Assembly (NCBI RefSeq): GCF_006345805.1
Contig: NC_043013.1
Coordinates: forward strand, 39,308,001 to 39,372,000
DNA: 64,000 bases
Source of the DNA: Octopus sinensis
Lineage: Eukaryota
Direction: 5' to 3'
Shown here: piece by piece, positions 28,607 to 58,914 of the stretch
Layout: the number at the start of each line of letters is the position of its first letter
Position numbering within the stretch: position 1 is the first letter of the stretch
Notes under the pieces: generated by a model
Seen by the model: the letters and a program-made list of their open reading frames with translations, nothing else
What the model was told of the DNA's origin: nothing
Database searches by the model: none
Made by a program: the position numbers and the translations under genes

Positions 28607-29226
28607 ATATTTGAGTGACATCGTTTTCATTCTCAAAGATGAGAATGGATGTTTTATTGTACACGAATTGTTAGGTAGCCGAATTAGTAGATACATCTGT
28701 TGCATTTGTTTTACCCTTAAATGATATGTTATGCCAACCTAAATAGAGAAGTTCTCCTGGTTGACAAGTTTTTGGCCAGTGCACATAAATTGTGTCTATG
28801 AATGTTGTCTTCCAGATACGAAATTTTCTTAATGAGAGTCCAGAATTAGTCAACTCTATGTCCAAATTTTTCACTTAGGACCACTAAGTGGGTTGCAGTA
28901 ATAACACCATTAAACTACTACAGGTTTATGTTGCAAGAGTTGATGACGTTGGCGGTAGATTTAGGAATGCTCATGGCGCAGTATATGATTATAAGATCGT
29001 ATTTTCGTTTCTTGGATTTGGCAGCACATTCTATCCTTAAGGAAGGCACTTCATCTAACATTGCTTCAGTAATCTCAATTGTGATTACTTAGTATAAGCT
29101 GGGGTACATGTGCAGACATTTCTCCATCCAGTTAACACACACACACACACACACATAAATATATATATAATATATATATATATGAGTATGTATGCGTGTG
29201 AGCGCATGTGTTTGTATATGTGGATG

Positions 29227-29283
<57 letters not shown>

Positions 29284-30058
29284 TGCATATATATAATCAT
29301 GCACATATGCAAACACACGCGTACACACGTATACATACTCATATATATTCCCATATACAAAGGTACTGCGCGCAAAATTACAAGCCAGCTTTCACCTGCG
29401 AGATATACGAATTGGTAAGGGGTATAGCGCTTTCTTCAATAGCTTTAGCTGTTTATGTAGTCCCAAGTAATAATGGAAGGTTCTTCACTTCTCCATCCTC
29501 AAGGAAATTGAATGTGAAAGATGTTAACTGGATGGAGAAATGTCTGCACATGTACCCCAGCTTATACTAAGTAATCACAATCGAGATTACTGAAGCAGCG
29601 TTAGATGAAGTGCCTTCCTTAAGGATAGAATGTGCTGCCCAATCCAGGAAACGAAAATACGATTTTATAATCATATACTGCGCCATGAGCGTTCCTAAAT
29701 CTACCGCCAACATCATAAACTCTTGCAACATAGGCCTGTAGCAGTTTAATGGTGTTATTACTGCAACCCACTTAGTGGTCCTAAGTGAAAAATTTGGACA
29801 TAGAGTTGACTAATTCTGGACTCTCATTAAGAAAGTTTCGTATCTGGAAGGCAACATTCATAGACGCAATTATCTGCACTGGCCAAATAACTTGTCAACC
29901 AGGAGAACTTCTCTTTTTAGGTTGGCATAACATATCATTTAAGGGTAAAACAAATGCAATAGATGCATGTACTAATTCGGGTACCTAATAATTCGTGTAC
30001 AATAAAACATCCATACGAATCGTACATCATTGAGAATGAAAACGATGTCACTCAAATA
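28607..30058. repeat. Long inverted repeat: arms 28607-29137 and 29522-30058, about 95% identical, 384-bp spacer
   Basis: About 24 differences over about 490 aligned bases by manual comparison. Confidence 0.9.
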
Positions 30059-30132
30059 TATATATGCATTTATGCGCACATATCTGTATGTATGTATGTA
30101 TGTATGTATGTATGTATTTATGTATCTATCTA

Positions 30133-30166
<34 letters not shown>

Positions 30167-30210
30167 CTCTCTATCTATCTATCTATCTATCTATCTATCA
30201 TATATATATA

Positions 30211-30254
<44 letters not shown>

Positions 30255-31268
30255 TATATATATTCACGTATGTATATATACTTTGGTCAGGTTACCCTCG
30301 AGTGCTACAAATAATATGTAGCTGCTAGTACGCTTTCGCGTGGTCAAATCATCAGACACTAAACAAGCTCCCAATAGGACTGCCTAAAAATATCGGGCAC
30401 CAAACATTGTTGGTGGCTGAAACTGTAGCGTAAACCTTGGCGTTAATATGAGGCCACCGGAAGAAAAGTTGTTCTATTTGAAAAGTAAATGGAGCTGTGA
30501 CTGCTTCGTTCGTATGATGAATTCCATGCACAGGGACTTGTAAAACACACTACAAAGTGCTGAGGTGATACTGGAATATACAATCTTGAATAGACTTTAG
30601 ATAGTGATCGCCCATCTACCAGACCATTGTGATGGAGAGAAGCACCAGAACATTGACGGACTAAACAGTTCTTTCCAGGGAAGGCATTGCTCACTTGTTA
30701 ATCAGGAAGGGTCGAGAAATTGTAGCCTAAACTAAACTAAACTTTTCTAACTCTGAAACTGATGTGCAAACTCACCACTGGCTGTTGTCTTCTCTTTGTA
30801 GGAGCTCTATTCTATAATCTACGGAGTTTACAAATTTCCAAGACGTAGCCGTACTCGGAGAAAAGTTCACCATCATCATGTGTGAATTATGTGTGTCTCT
30901 TTGCATATTCGCATGTATATAAATATATATCTGTGTGGATGTATTTTTTATTAGATATCTAAAGCATAGAAAATGAAAAACTTTCTCAAAAATAACTAAC
31001 ATGCAGTTATTTCACATCTATAAACAAATTTGTGCAATAGAACACTGCTAGACTCCACAACAACTGTGAATCATTATGTCATGATTCTTCTATATTTTTT
31101 TTTATGGCTGCAATATACAAAAACCACTGCAACGATGACGTTATTTCAAAAAGCATAACTAATACTAGATTTATCAGGAAAAATACATTTCGAAAATTAG
31201 TTATGGACAGCGTAGGATATCATTCGAATGGCGAAAACGTCACAGATATCCGCAAGATGTCTGCAACA

Positions 31269-31302
<34 letters not shown>

Positions 31303-31398
31303 GCGCGCACACACACTCGCACACACACACACACACTCGCCACACACACACACACACACACAACACACACAACACACACTCGCGCGCACACACACTCG

Positions 31399-31431
<33 letters not shown>

Positions 31432-31700
31432 CACACACACACACAACACACACATATATTGTTGCAGACATCTTGCAGATATATGACGTTTCCGCCATTC
31501 GAATGATATCCTACGCTGTCCATAACTATCATATATATAATATATATATATAATATATATATATATATAATATATATAATATATTGATAAAACGGTAAGA
31601 TAACAATTTATATATATATAATATATATATAATATAATATATATATATATAATATATATAATATATATATAATATATATATATATAATATATATATATAT

Positions 31701-31771
<71 letters not shown>

Positions 31772-31780
31772 TATATATAT

Positions 31781-31830
<50 letters not shown>

Positions 31831-31879
31831 TCCTTGTATGTCCTTGTGAAGAACAGGTTTTACAGAATTTTCTTGACCA

Positions 31880-49526
<17,647 letters not shown>

Positions 49527-50201
49527 GATTGGTGTTGGTCCCAATGAATTACTAAGATTTACTTTGAAATGGAGATTAAATTGTAAATGATAGATAGGTC
49601 GAGCGAGAGATTGAGAAAGACAGAGAGAGAACGCCAGAACCCAGTGTAACGAGGGAACAGATTATGCAACTAGAAATGAAGGCATATAATGAATGCAATC
49701 ACATATATATATACGTGCATATAGACATACATACATACATACGAGCGTAAAAATAATTACATGTATAAATATATACAATATGTATGTATCTAAGCATGTG
49801 TGAGTGAATGTATGTATGTATGTATGTATGTATGTATGTATGTATGTTTGTATGCGTATATGTATACAAGTTTGAATACATCTATACATTCCAATGTGAG
49901 CGTTTGTGTGTGTATATGTACGTGTGTAGGTATGTTTGTAGGTATGTGTGTGTGCGTGTGTGTGTGCGTGTGTGTGTGCGTGTGTGTATTTGTGTGTGTT
50001 TTTGTTTACATCTGAAGTTTACTGGATTGATTTGCCATTATCATCATTGACTATTTCAATCAATTAAAAACAAAAGAAGTCGTGCAAACTAAGAAGCAAA
50101 CCGCATTTCAGCCGCTCTTTGATATACTTCTCAACATCGTTCTTCTTTGAAAGAAATCCTTGAGGGGAAAGATATGCTATTGAAAATTTACGTGTCAAAT
50201 G

Positions 50202-50297
50202 TACATAACATAAGATCATGTAGTTTCACGCAGCTTTACTTTGTATTATATAACAATAAACAAGCAAAATGTCGTTCTAAAAACACGTCAGTATCAA
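50202..50297 (-). promoter_or_regulatory. Candidate core promoter of gene B (TATATAA at 50252..50246, TGACGTG at 50290..50284)
   Basis: Identical to 24964..25059, about 0.7 kb upstream of the ATG. Confidence 0.5.
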
Positions 50298-50656
50298 TGT
50301 CACAGCCATTTTATGATACTATATCATGAAATTCAGTTTTCAAGTCAAGACTTAGTCTACAATTAATATCTTCTTTGGATATTGTCTTGTTTACAGTTTT
50401 CAGCGAGTAATTAGGCCGTCTTATATCTCTACATGCTGAAATTGTCATTAGATCTAATTTTAGGGATATTGTTATTTGTTATTCAGCTATTGCTGCAACG
50501 AAGTGGTTTCCAGTTTGGTCACACAGTGAAGGATCGTGGACAAGTGTGTTAGACGAAAAAGTGTGCGGAAGACCGCCGTGTATGTATGTGTGTGTGTGTG
50601 TGTGTATGCGTGTGTGTGTGTGTGTGTGTGTGTGCGTGCGTGCGTGTGTATGTATG

Positions 50657-50695
<39 letters not shown>

Positions 50696-50804
50696 TTGTT
50701 GTCTCATGAGGTCTCTGGGTGAGACTTGGAGCCAGCTTGTGCAAATGTAAAGCAAAAGTCAAACATAGAATAATGATAATAATAATAATAATAACAATGA
50801 ATGT

Positions 50805-51085
50805 GGAATCTAAAAACAGAAACAATTCCTATCATAGTAGGCGCATTAGGTACGATAAAAAATATTCAGACAAATACATAACAAAAACACCAGGGCTTAC
50901 AAATATATATAACATACAGAAAATCGCACTTCTGGGCACTGCACACATCCTACGCAAAACACTTACAATACAGTAACCATCAGAGCATCACAACAAATCA
51001 CAGCACATACCCAAGGCACACAGAGCTGCGCTCGGTAGTGAAGTGAAATCCCGCTATAAAAATAAAACTACTGAATAATAATAAT
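50805..51085 (+). mobile_element. R4/Dong-like 3' end with (AAT)n tail
   Basis: MWNLKTETIPIIVGALGT...QKIALLGTAHILRKTL. Confidence 0.8.
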
Positions 51086-51514
51086 AATAAAAGCGACAAA
51101 AGAATGACACCTCGATATTAGAAAAATAGATGATTATTTATATATGTTATAATTTAGAACAAACAGTAACAGGTTGTCGTTATAGTACTCGGAGTTTCGA
51201 ATGTCGGAGTGAAGAGCTACGATACATTCCCGTCGACTGTTAATGGCAACAGACGCTATGAAAGACTTTTGAATAAAATGGAAGTTACTCTTATAAGTAG
51301 AAAAAGAAAGAAAAAAGAAAGAAAGAAAAAAATCCAGGCAACCATATTCTCACAATGCATAGGTATAAACCCCCTGCATTCATAACGTCTGCATACGTAC
51401 ACATACACACATTTGTATACACACATACACACATAAATTTGTATACACGCACATACACACACAAACCTATAAGTGCATGTACATACTCATACATACACAC
51501 ATATCCACACACAC

Positions 51515-51590
<76 letters not shown>

Positions 51591-51691
51591 GTATATGTGG
51601 ACGCATCTTTATCCTCATATACACATAGGTGTTTGCATGCATACAAGTAACATAATACATATGAGGATGAAGTTGCGTGCAAATATGCATA

Positions 51692-52208
51692 TCTATATAT
51701 ATAAAACTCTAGTTGTGTGAGTGTCTGTCCCCTTCGATTTAGATTCCTAACTCCTCCCACATTTTGCGGTGCAGTTTAACCAAATTCGGGTATCTTATAG
51801 TCGTGATTAATATCAAGCCCGTCTGGCTATTAGCGCGCGTCTACGATGAGTCTACGATTTTAAAAATAATTTAACATCATTTTTTATTCCATTTTAATGC
51901 ATAATTTTTCGTGTGTCGATGGCGGCTGAGTTGGCGTCCACGCTCAAACACCTGCACCTGTGTTTGCTTCTCCCCCTTCTTCCCTCCATCGTGAAGCTGT
52001 GGGGAAGGGAGTTTAAGGAAATCAACGTCGTAATGCGTTGTCAAGGAGACCAGCATTATTTTAGAACAACGACTTCATGGCTTGAAGACACCAAAACAGA
52101 AATGGCTAAGAAAGCCCGAATTAGCATCTATAAGGGAAGTAACTCTCTAAAAATGCTTATATAGTTATTTCCCTTACAAACCAGAGCAACGCCGGGCGGT
52201 ACTGCTAG
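51692..52208 (+). mobile_element. Non-autonomous Helitron-like element
   Basis: A|TC 5' end, subterminal GC-rich gcaacgccgggcggtactg, CTAG|T 3' end. Confidence 0.7.
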
Positions 52209-52579
52209 TATATATATATACATGCGTGCGTGTGTGTGTGTGGATAAGTGTATATGTATGAGTACGTACATGCACATATATGTTTATTTGTGTATGTGAA
52301 TGTACGTATACAGGCTTATGTGAGTGTGTACGTATGCAGACATTATGAATGCAGGAGGTTTATGTTTATGTATCGTGAGAATATGGTTGCGTGAATATTT
52401 TTTTCCTTCTTTCTTTTTTCTTTTTCTACCTATTACATTAACTTCCCTTTTATTCAACGGTTTTTCATAGCGTCTATTGCCATTAATAGCCGACAAGAAT
52501 GCCTTGTAGCCCTTCGTTCCGACATTCGAAACACCTCGACTACTATACTGACAACCTTTTACAGTTTGTTCTGAATTAC

Positions 52580-52613
<34 letters not shown>

Positions 52614-52670
52614 CACTCACACATATGTATGTATGTATGTATATATATATATGTATATATACGTAGATAT

Positions 52671-52739
<69 letters not shown>

Positions 52740-53043
52740 GGAGGCGCAATGACCCAGTGGTTAGGGCAGCGGACTAGTGGTTGTGGGATCGCAGTTTCAA
52801 TTCCCAGACCGGGCATTGTGAGTGTTTATTGAGCGAAAACACCTAAAGCTCCACGAAGCTCCGGCAGGGGGCGGTGGCGATCCCTGCTGTACTCTTTCGC
52901 CACAACTTTCTCTCACTCTTCCTTCTGTTGGCCTGCTCGCTTAGCCAGCGGGGTGGCGTCATTTGAAAGCTAAAACATATATATATATATATATATATTA
53001 TATATGTATGTATGTATGTGTATGTTTGTATATATATGTATAT

Positions 53044-54458
53044 ATACACACACCAAGAGCCACGCAAATAGCTTAGGAGTGAAATTTAGCGTTTCTCTGT
53101 TTTCTGTGAATCGATCTTCATAAAACTTTTGGTCTGCACACTATGGCAACACCATTGCTGTGTTTTCTTTATTCTATTTAACGTCCTTTCATTTTCCATT
53201 TCAGATTCTTTAGTTTTGGGGCTAACCACGCTGATAGCAATAGGACGTAGAAAAGGCCTTAACGATGAAGAAAAGTCTGTTATCCTCAAACGAAAGTGCT
53301 AAAGACATCTCTCTTCGTGTCATTGCCGAGTTGTTAGGTGGTCATGTGAACACGGTTAGACGATTCCTGAAGGACCCTTCGCCAAGGAAGAAACGATCCG
53401 ATTGTGGGACCTCCAAAACAGTGACATCTAGGGATTTAAGGAATATTAGCCGCAAGTTACGTGGGAAACCTTCTCAAACAAGCCATCGTCACCCCCTCCG
53501 GGCTTCCTCGTGTACCGAATACCACTATAAACCACTTCCTCGGGACCATGGCTTCCGTTCGGGAACCCTTGAAACTGCCTTCTTTAACATCCTGTCACAT
53601 GAGTTTGAGGCTTCAATGGGCCCAAAAGTACATGGCGTTAGACATGAGTTGCATTCTCTTCACTGGCGAAACCAGGGCCGCCCTTGACGGACCTGACGGT
53701 TGGGCGAATGGTTGGGTATATCTTGGAGATGAGCGTCACCAACGCTTACGACGTCAACAACAGGGTGGAAGAGTGATTTTGTGGGCTGGTATCATTGAGG
53801 ACAGACTTGTTGGCCCAGTCAGAGTGCCTGAAGAGGTTAAAGTAACCGCAGCCGCCAACTGCATTCTTCTGAAGGGGGTCTTGGATCCCTGGCTTGATGA
53901 CATATCGCTATCACTTTTAAGGAATCTCATGTTCATGCATGACAACGATCCTTCCCACTCTGCTAGGACTACCCAAACATTTCTAGGGTATTACGGTATA
54001 TATGGTGAAAGGATGGTGGTATGGCCGCCATCTCAACCCTATCGAAAATGTTTGGTCCAATATTAATCAAGATGTTTATCCTGATGGACACCAATTTACA
54101 TCGAAAATATCTTATGGGTGACTATAAAAGCTGCTGCAGCTGAGGCAGTCAAACTTGCTACTATTATTGAAATTGACTAATAGGGTTTTTAAAGCTATCC
54201 GTCGAAATGGCGCTCATGTGGCTAAATAATTCATTATGTCAAAAAATGTTATAATATTATTATGGTTTTCTGTTAAATATATACTCAATGTATACTAAAT
54301 ATGTATCACTGCTCATCATTTTCTGAAAAAAAAAAAAACAAATGTCTACATGGGCTATTTTCATTCAAAAGCTGGAAAAAGTTTTATCAAAATCGCTTCA
54401 CAGTAAACTGAGAAATCCTAAATTTCACTTCCCAGCTATTAACGTGGTCCTGGCTGTA
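53044..54458 (+). mobile_element. Near full-length decayed Tc1-like element, probably DD37E/TRT type
   Basis: TA-flanked imperfect TIRs of about 70 bp; LFTGETRAALDGPDGW, RRQQQGGRVILWAGI, FMHDNDPSH, WPPS..LNPIEN with frameshifts. Confidence 0.8.
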
Positions 54459-54466
54459 TATACACG

Positions 54467-54845
54467 TATGTATGCATGTATGTATGTATGTATGCATGTA
54501 TGTATGTATGTATGTATGCATGTATGTATGTATGTATGTATGTATGCATGCATGTATGTATGTATGTATGTATGTATGTATGTATGCATGCATGTATGTA
54601 TGTATGCATGTATGTATGTATGTATGCATGCATGTATGTATGTATGTATGTATGTATGCATGCATGTATGTATGTATGCATGTATGTATGTATGTATGTA
54701 TGTATGCATGTATGTATGTATGCATGCATGTATGTATGTACGCATGTATGTATGTATGTATGTATGTATGTATGTATGTATGTATGTATGTATGCATGTA
54801 TGTATGTATGTATGTATGTATGTATGTATGTATGTATGTATGTAT
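54467..54845 (+). repeat. (TATG/CATG)n microsatellite
   Basis: Direct reading. Confidence 0.95.
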
Positions 54846-54943
54846 ACACGAGGGTGGGACTGAAAAGTTCCTGGCTTTGGGTGAAAGAAAATACTGGAGG
54901 ATCAGTTACTTAAAGCCAGGAACTTTTCAGCACCCCATCGTAT
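54846..54943. mobile_element. About 100-bp mariner-type MITE
   Basis: TIRs cgagggtgggactgaaaagttcctggcttt / aaagccaggaacttttcagcaccccatcg, TA-flanked. Confidence 0.75.
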
Positions 54944-55042
54944 ATTATAAGTAGGTAGATAGATTGATGCATACATACATACATAATACATACATACATA
55001 CATACATACATACATACATACATACACATATACATACATACA

Positions 55043-55077
<35 letters not shown>

Positions 55078-55899
55078 GATGATGGCCATCCACTCGCGAC
55101 CGAGGAAAACCATTGCTGACCTTCAGGAACATCGTGCACTCTAGGACTAGTTTATATTTTGCATTTTTGGCTCCGTTGGTGGCTAATGAACCCTTCTCTT
55201 GACAAGCATACACGACTGCAAACATTGCAGACCAAGCTTTCCCCATTCACTACACTAGCAGCGCGCTTTCGCGCAGCACGCGTAAGTTCTTCATGCAGAA
55301 TACGTGATCTCTCAGAAGTGTCGACCCTTCCTTAACCTGCTTCCTCCATCTGTGGCGATGACAGGCATTGCTCTCCGTGTCAGTCTCCTGCATATCACAG
55401 GCCTTTAACAAGGCTTGACACAGTCCTTAAATCGCAGCCTTGGTTTCTGCCGGGGGTCTCTTTCCATTCACATACATACATACATACATACATACATACA
55501 TACATACATACATACATACATACATACATACACGCATGCATATGAGCATGTATATACATGAGCATATACATGTATATATACACGCATACTATATACACAA
55601 TAATACATATGTATGTATATATGTATGTATGACTCTGTGTATGAATATATCTGCGTGTGGGCGCTTGTCTTTGTATTTGCTTGCCATCGGTTGAAAACCG
55701 CTGTTGGTTTGTTTGAACGATATAATAACTGTTGTAGTCGATTTGATCTATTAAATCTTTCAACTCAGTGCTCCAGAAACCCCCAGTCCAATAATTGACA
55801 CAGTTATAAGTGTAAATGTATATACATGCCATTTTATGAAATTGCCCAATGATATATTTTCTGAGGTCGCCTTCTTTAACTTCTGTATTAACACCTCTG

Positions 55900-56285
55900 T
55901 GGAGGCGCAATGGCCCAGTGGTTAGGGCAGCGGACTCGCGGTCATAGGATCGCGGTTTCGATTCCCAGACCGGGTGTTGTGAGTGTTTATTGAGCGAAAA
56001 CACCTAAAAGCTTCACGAGGCTCCGGCAGGGGATGGTGGTGATCCCTGCTGTACTCTTTCACCACAACTTTCTCTCACTCTTACTTCCTGTTTCTGTTGT
56101 ACCTGTATTTCAAGGGGCCGGCCTTGTCACTCTCTGTGTCACGCTGAATATCCCCGAGAACTACGTTGAGGGTGCACGTGTCTGTGGAGTGCTCAGCCAC
56201 TTACACGTTAATTTCACGAACAGGCTGTTCCGTTGATTCGGATCAACCGGAACCCTCATCGTCGTAACCGACGGAGTGCTTCCAT
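55900..56285 (+). mobile_element. tRNA-derived SINE family C (other copies 52738-52975, 60472-60859 with a TSD of about 14 bp)
   Basis: ggcgcaatggcccagtggttagggcagcgg...gtttcgattcccagacc head; three aligned copies; agaactgc[a/c]tcagt flanks the 60472 copy. Confidence 0.85.
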
Positions 56286-56848
56286 TAACACCTCTCTTTA
56301 GGTATAGCATTTTCTGGTGGCCGAAATTTTAGGCTTTAAATTGCTGTTATTTATGTTGCCTCGTCTCTATTTCTCAGTTTCGACAATATAATTTAAAAGG
56401 GTTGTTTTCTATGATATTCTCCTTCATAATTGCCGCAATTCATTTTTCTTTATCTGATGTCACTAAAACCCCTCTCTCTATTCTTTGCAAAATGTTTCTA
56501 AGTATATTTTACGTCTTGTTTCTAAATTTTGTATTTCTATTGTATGTCTTCATTTGCGCATGCTTGTATCTCTATATGCGTTTATGTTTATTTAGAGATA
56601 TAAGCATGCGCAAATGAAGATATACAATAGAAATACAAAATGGCTGACGGTTAGTAAGGAGAGACACAAAGAAGAAAGAAGAAAACAAAGGACCACTGAT
56701 GCGGTCACAGGAGTGTGACGAAAGAACTCTGGCCGAAATAAGATTAAGATTAATGTAAAAAATAAATAACACTGAAGCAAAATAACATCAAATATATAGT
56801 GCGTGTGTTTTTATTGGCTAAACTGGCAAAATGACCATTCCGAAATAT

Positions 56849-56891
<43 letters not shown>

Positions 56892-57077
56892 ATATATATA
56901 TTACGCTAGTTTTGACTTTAAGAGTCCCTTCTAGCGTGAGGTATATATATATAGTAATGTCCTTAATATAAATATGTTTAAAAGGAATAATTAAATTTAT
57001 TAATTTTTCCCTTATGAGGTTTTTCACGCTAACTACTTGATAATTTCCTATAAAGATTTTACCCCAGTTTTGAATTG

Positions 57078-57137
<60 letters not shown>

Positions 57138-57167
57138 GAATTAAAGGTAATATATTGGCATATATAT

Positions 57168-57200
<33 letters not shown>

Positions 57201-58881
57201 CTTTACACACACACTGATTCACTCACACACACACACACATATATATATTTATATATGAATGTATTCTTACGCATGTGCATATGTGTGCATGTGTGCATTT
57301 CTTGAATACATCATAAACAAGCACACACATGAATAGGAGAGTATACCCATGGGTGCATCTATCGAAGGACATATTAGTTAAGCATACATGCATCAACATT
57401 TTGGTGCATGTCCGCTATACGGATGTCTAATGATTGTATACACATGCGTGCACGTATGTCCTAGCGTTTGTTTAAAGAGAAAATTAGACATGCATAGTCA
57501 TGAACATGTAAATGCATGTCCTTCTAAGCTTGTCTAGCAATATTCATGTGCACACGTAACAGCACTCAAATTCATGTTCTCTTCTAGTGTTTATCAATGG
57601 ATGCCCCATCCACAGACGCACACTATCTTCTAGTGTGTTTGTTTTAGCCATTAATATAGAAACTATTACGTAATATTTTTTAATGAATACTTACAGTTTT
57701 GAATAAACAGACCCCGGGATATGCACTCGTTTGATTTATATGCCCTTGGCTTGCATTCGTATGGTTTTCTATGTCGTTCAATTTACACAGTCATAAATAA
57801 GCATTGGAACGCTAAAGTATACGGCCAGATGAAGTATGTCCAGTAATTTTTGTCTCCAATTTTGGCACAAGGCCAGCAATTTCGGAGGAGGGGTAAGTCG
57901 ATTACGTCAACCCCAGTGATCTACTGGTACTTATTTTATCGGCCCCGAAAGGGATGAAAGGCAAAATCAATCTCAGTGGAATATGAACAGACGTATGTTT
58001 AGAAATATTATCTTATGTAAAGGCGGCGAGCTGGCAGAATCGTTAGCACACCGGGCGAAATGCTTAGCGCTATTTCGTCTGCCGTTACGTTCTGAGTTCA
58101 AGTTCCGCCGAGGTCGAATTTGCCTTTCATCCCTTCGGGGTCGATAAATTAAGTATCAGATGTAATCGACTTAATCCGTTTGTCTGTCCTTGTTTGTCAA
58201 CTCTATGTTTAACCCTTTGTGGGTAGTAAAGAAATAGGTATTTCGTCTGCATTTACGTTCTGAGTTCAAATTCCGCCGAGGTCGATTTTGCCTTTCATCC
58301 TTTCGGGGTCGATAAATTAAGTACCAGATACGCACTGAGGTCGATATAATCGACTTAATCCGTTTGTCTGTCCCCTCTATGTTTAGCCCCTTGTGGGCAA
58401 TAAAGAAATAAGAATCATATTCATGCCTAGTAAAATGCTTAGTGAAATTTCGTCCGTCTTTATGTTCCGAGTTCAAATTCCACCGAGGCCGACTTTGCCT
58501 TTTATCATTTGTGGGTTTATGAAATAAGTACCAGTTGAAAATTGGGGTCGATGTAATCGAATTAAACCATCTCCCAGACTTGTGCCGAAATTTGTGACCA
58601 GTATTACTAAAAATAGCATTGGAGTATGAAAAATAAAGGGGACGAAAAAAAATGGTATTGAAATACCAATCTCAGAGTCCATTACTATCTTAGTAATGCT
58701 GAAAAGTTCACAAACAGCTATTCAAAAGATTCATGTATATTGTCATCGGACAATTGTGAAAAATCTTTTCTATTCTTCTGAATTCTTACAACTGTCTGAT
58801 GAATGGTTAAGTGAAATCTGGCTAAGAGTTTGTGAAGTTTTTCAGCTTCAGTGTGTAGACACATACACACACACTAAAACA

Positions 58882-58914
<33 letters not shown>

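Noticed and set aside
29360-30012. Apparent amino-acid similarity among copies of the intergenic segment (KPAFTC, VPKSTAN, KFGHRVD)
   Set aside because: Every copy has multiple stops and frameshifts, and the similarity is explained by nucleotide homology; no family could be assigned
55900-55975. tRNA-like sequences at SINE heads
   Set aside because: No complete cloverleaf or acceptor stem, and they continue into SINE bodies; not called as tRNA genes
57300-57650. Loose nested inverted symmetry
   Set aside because: Too degenerate to define arms; likely an old MITE
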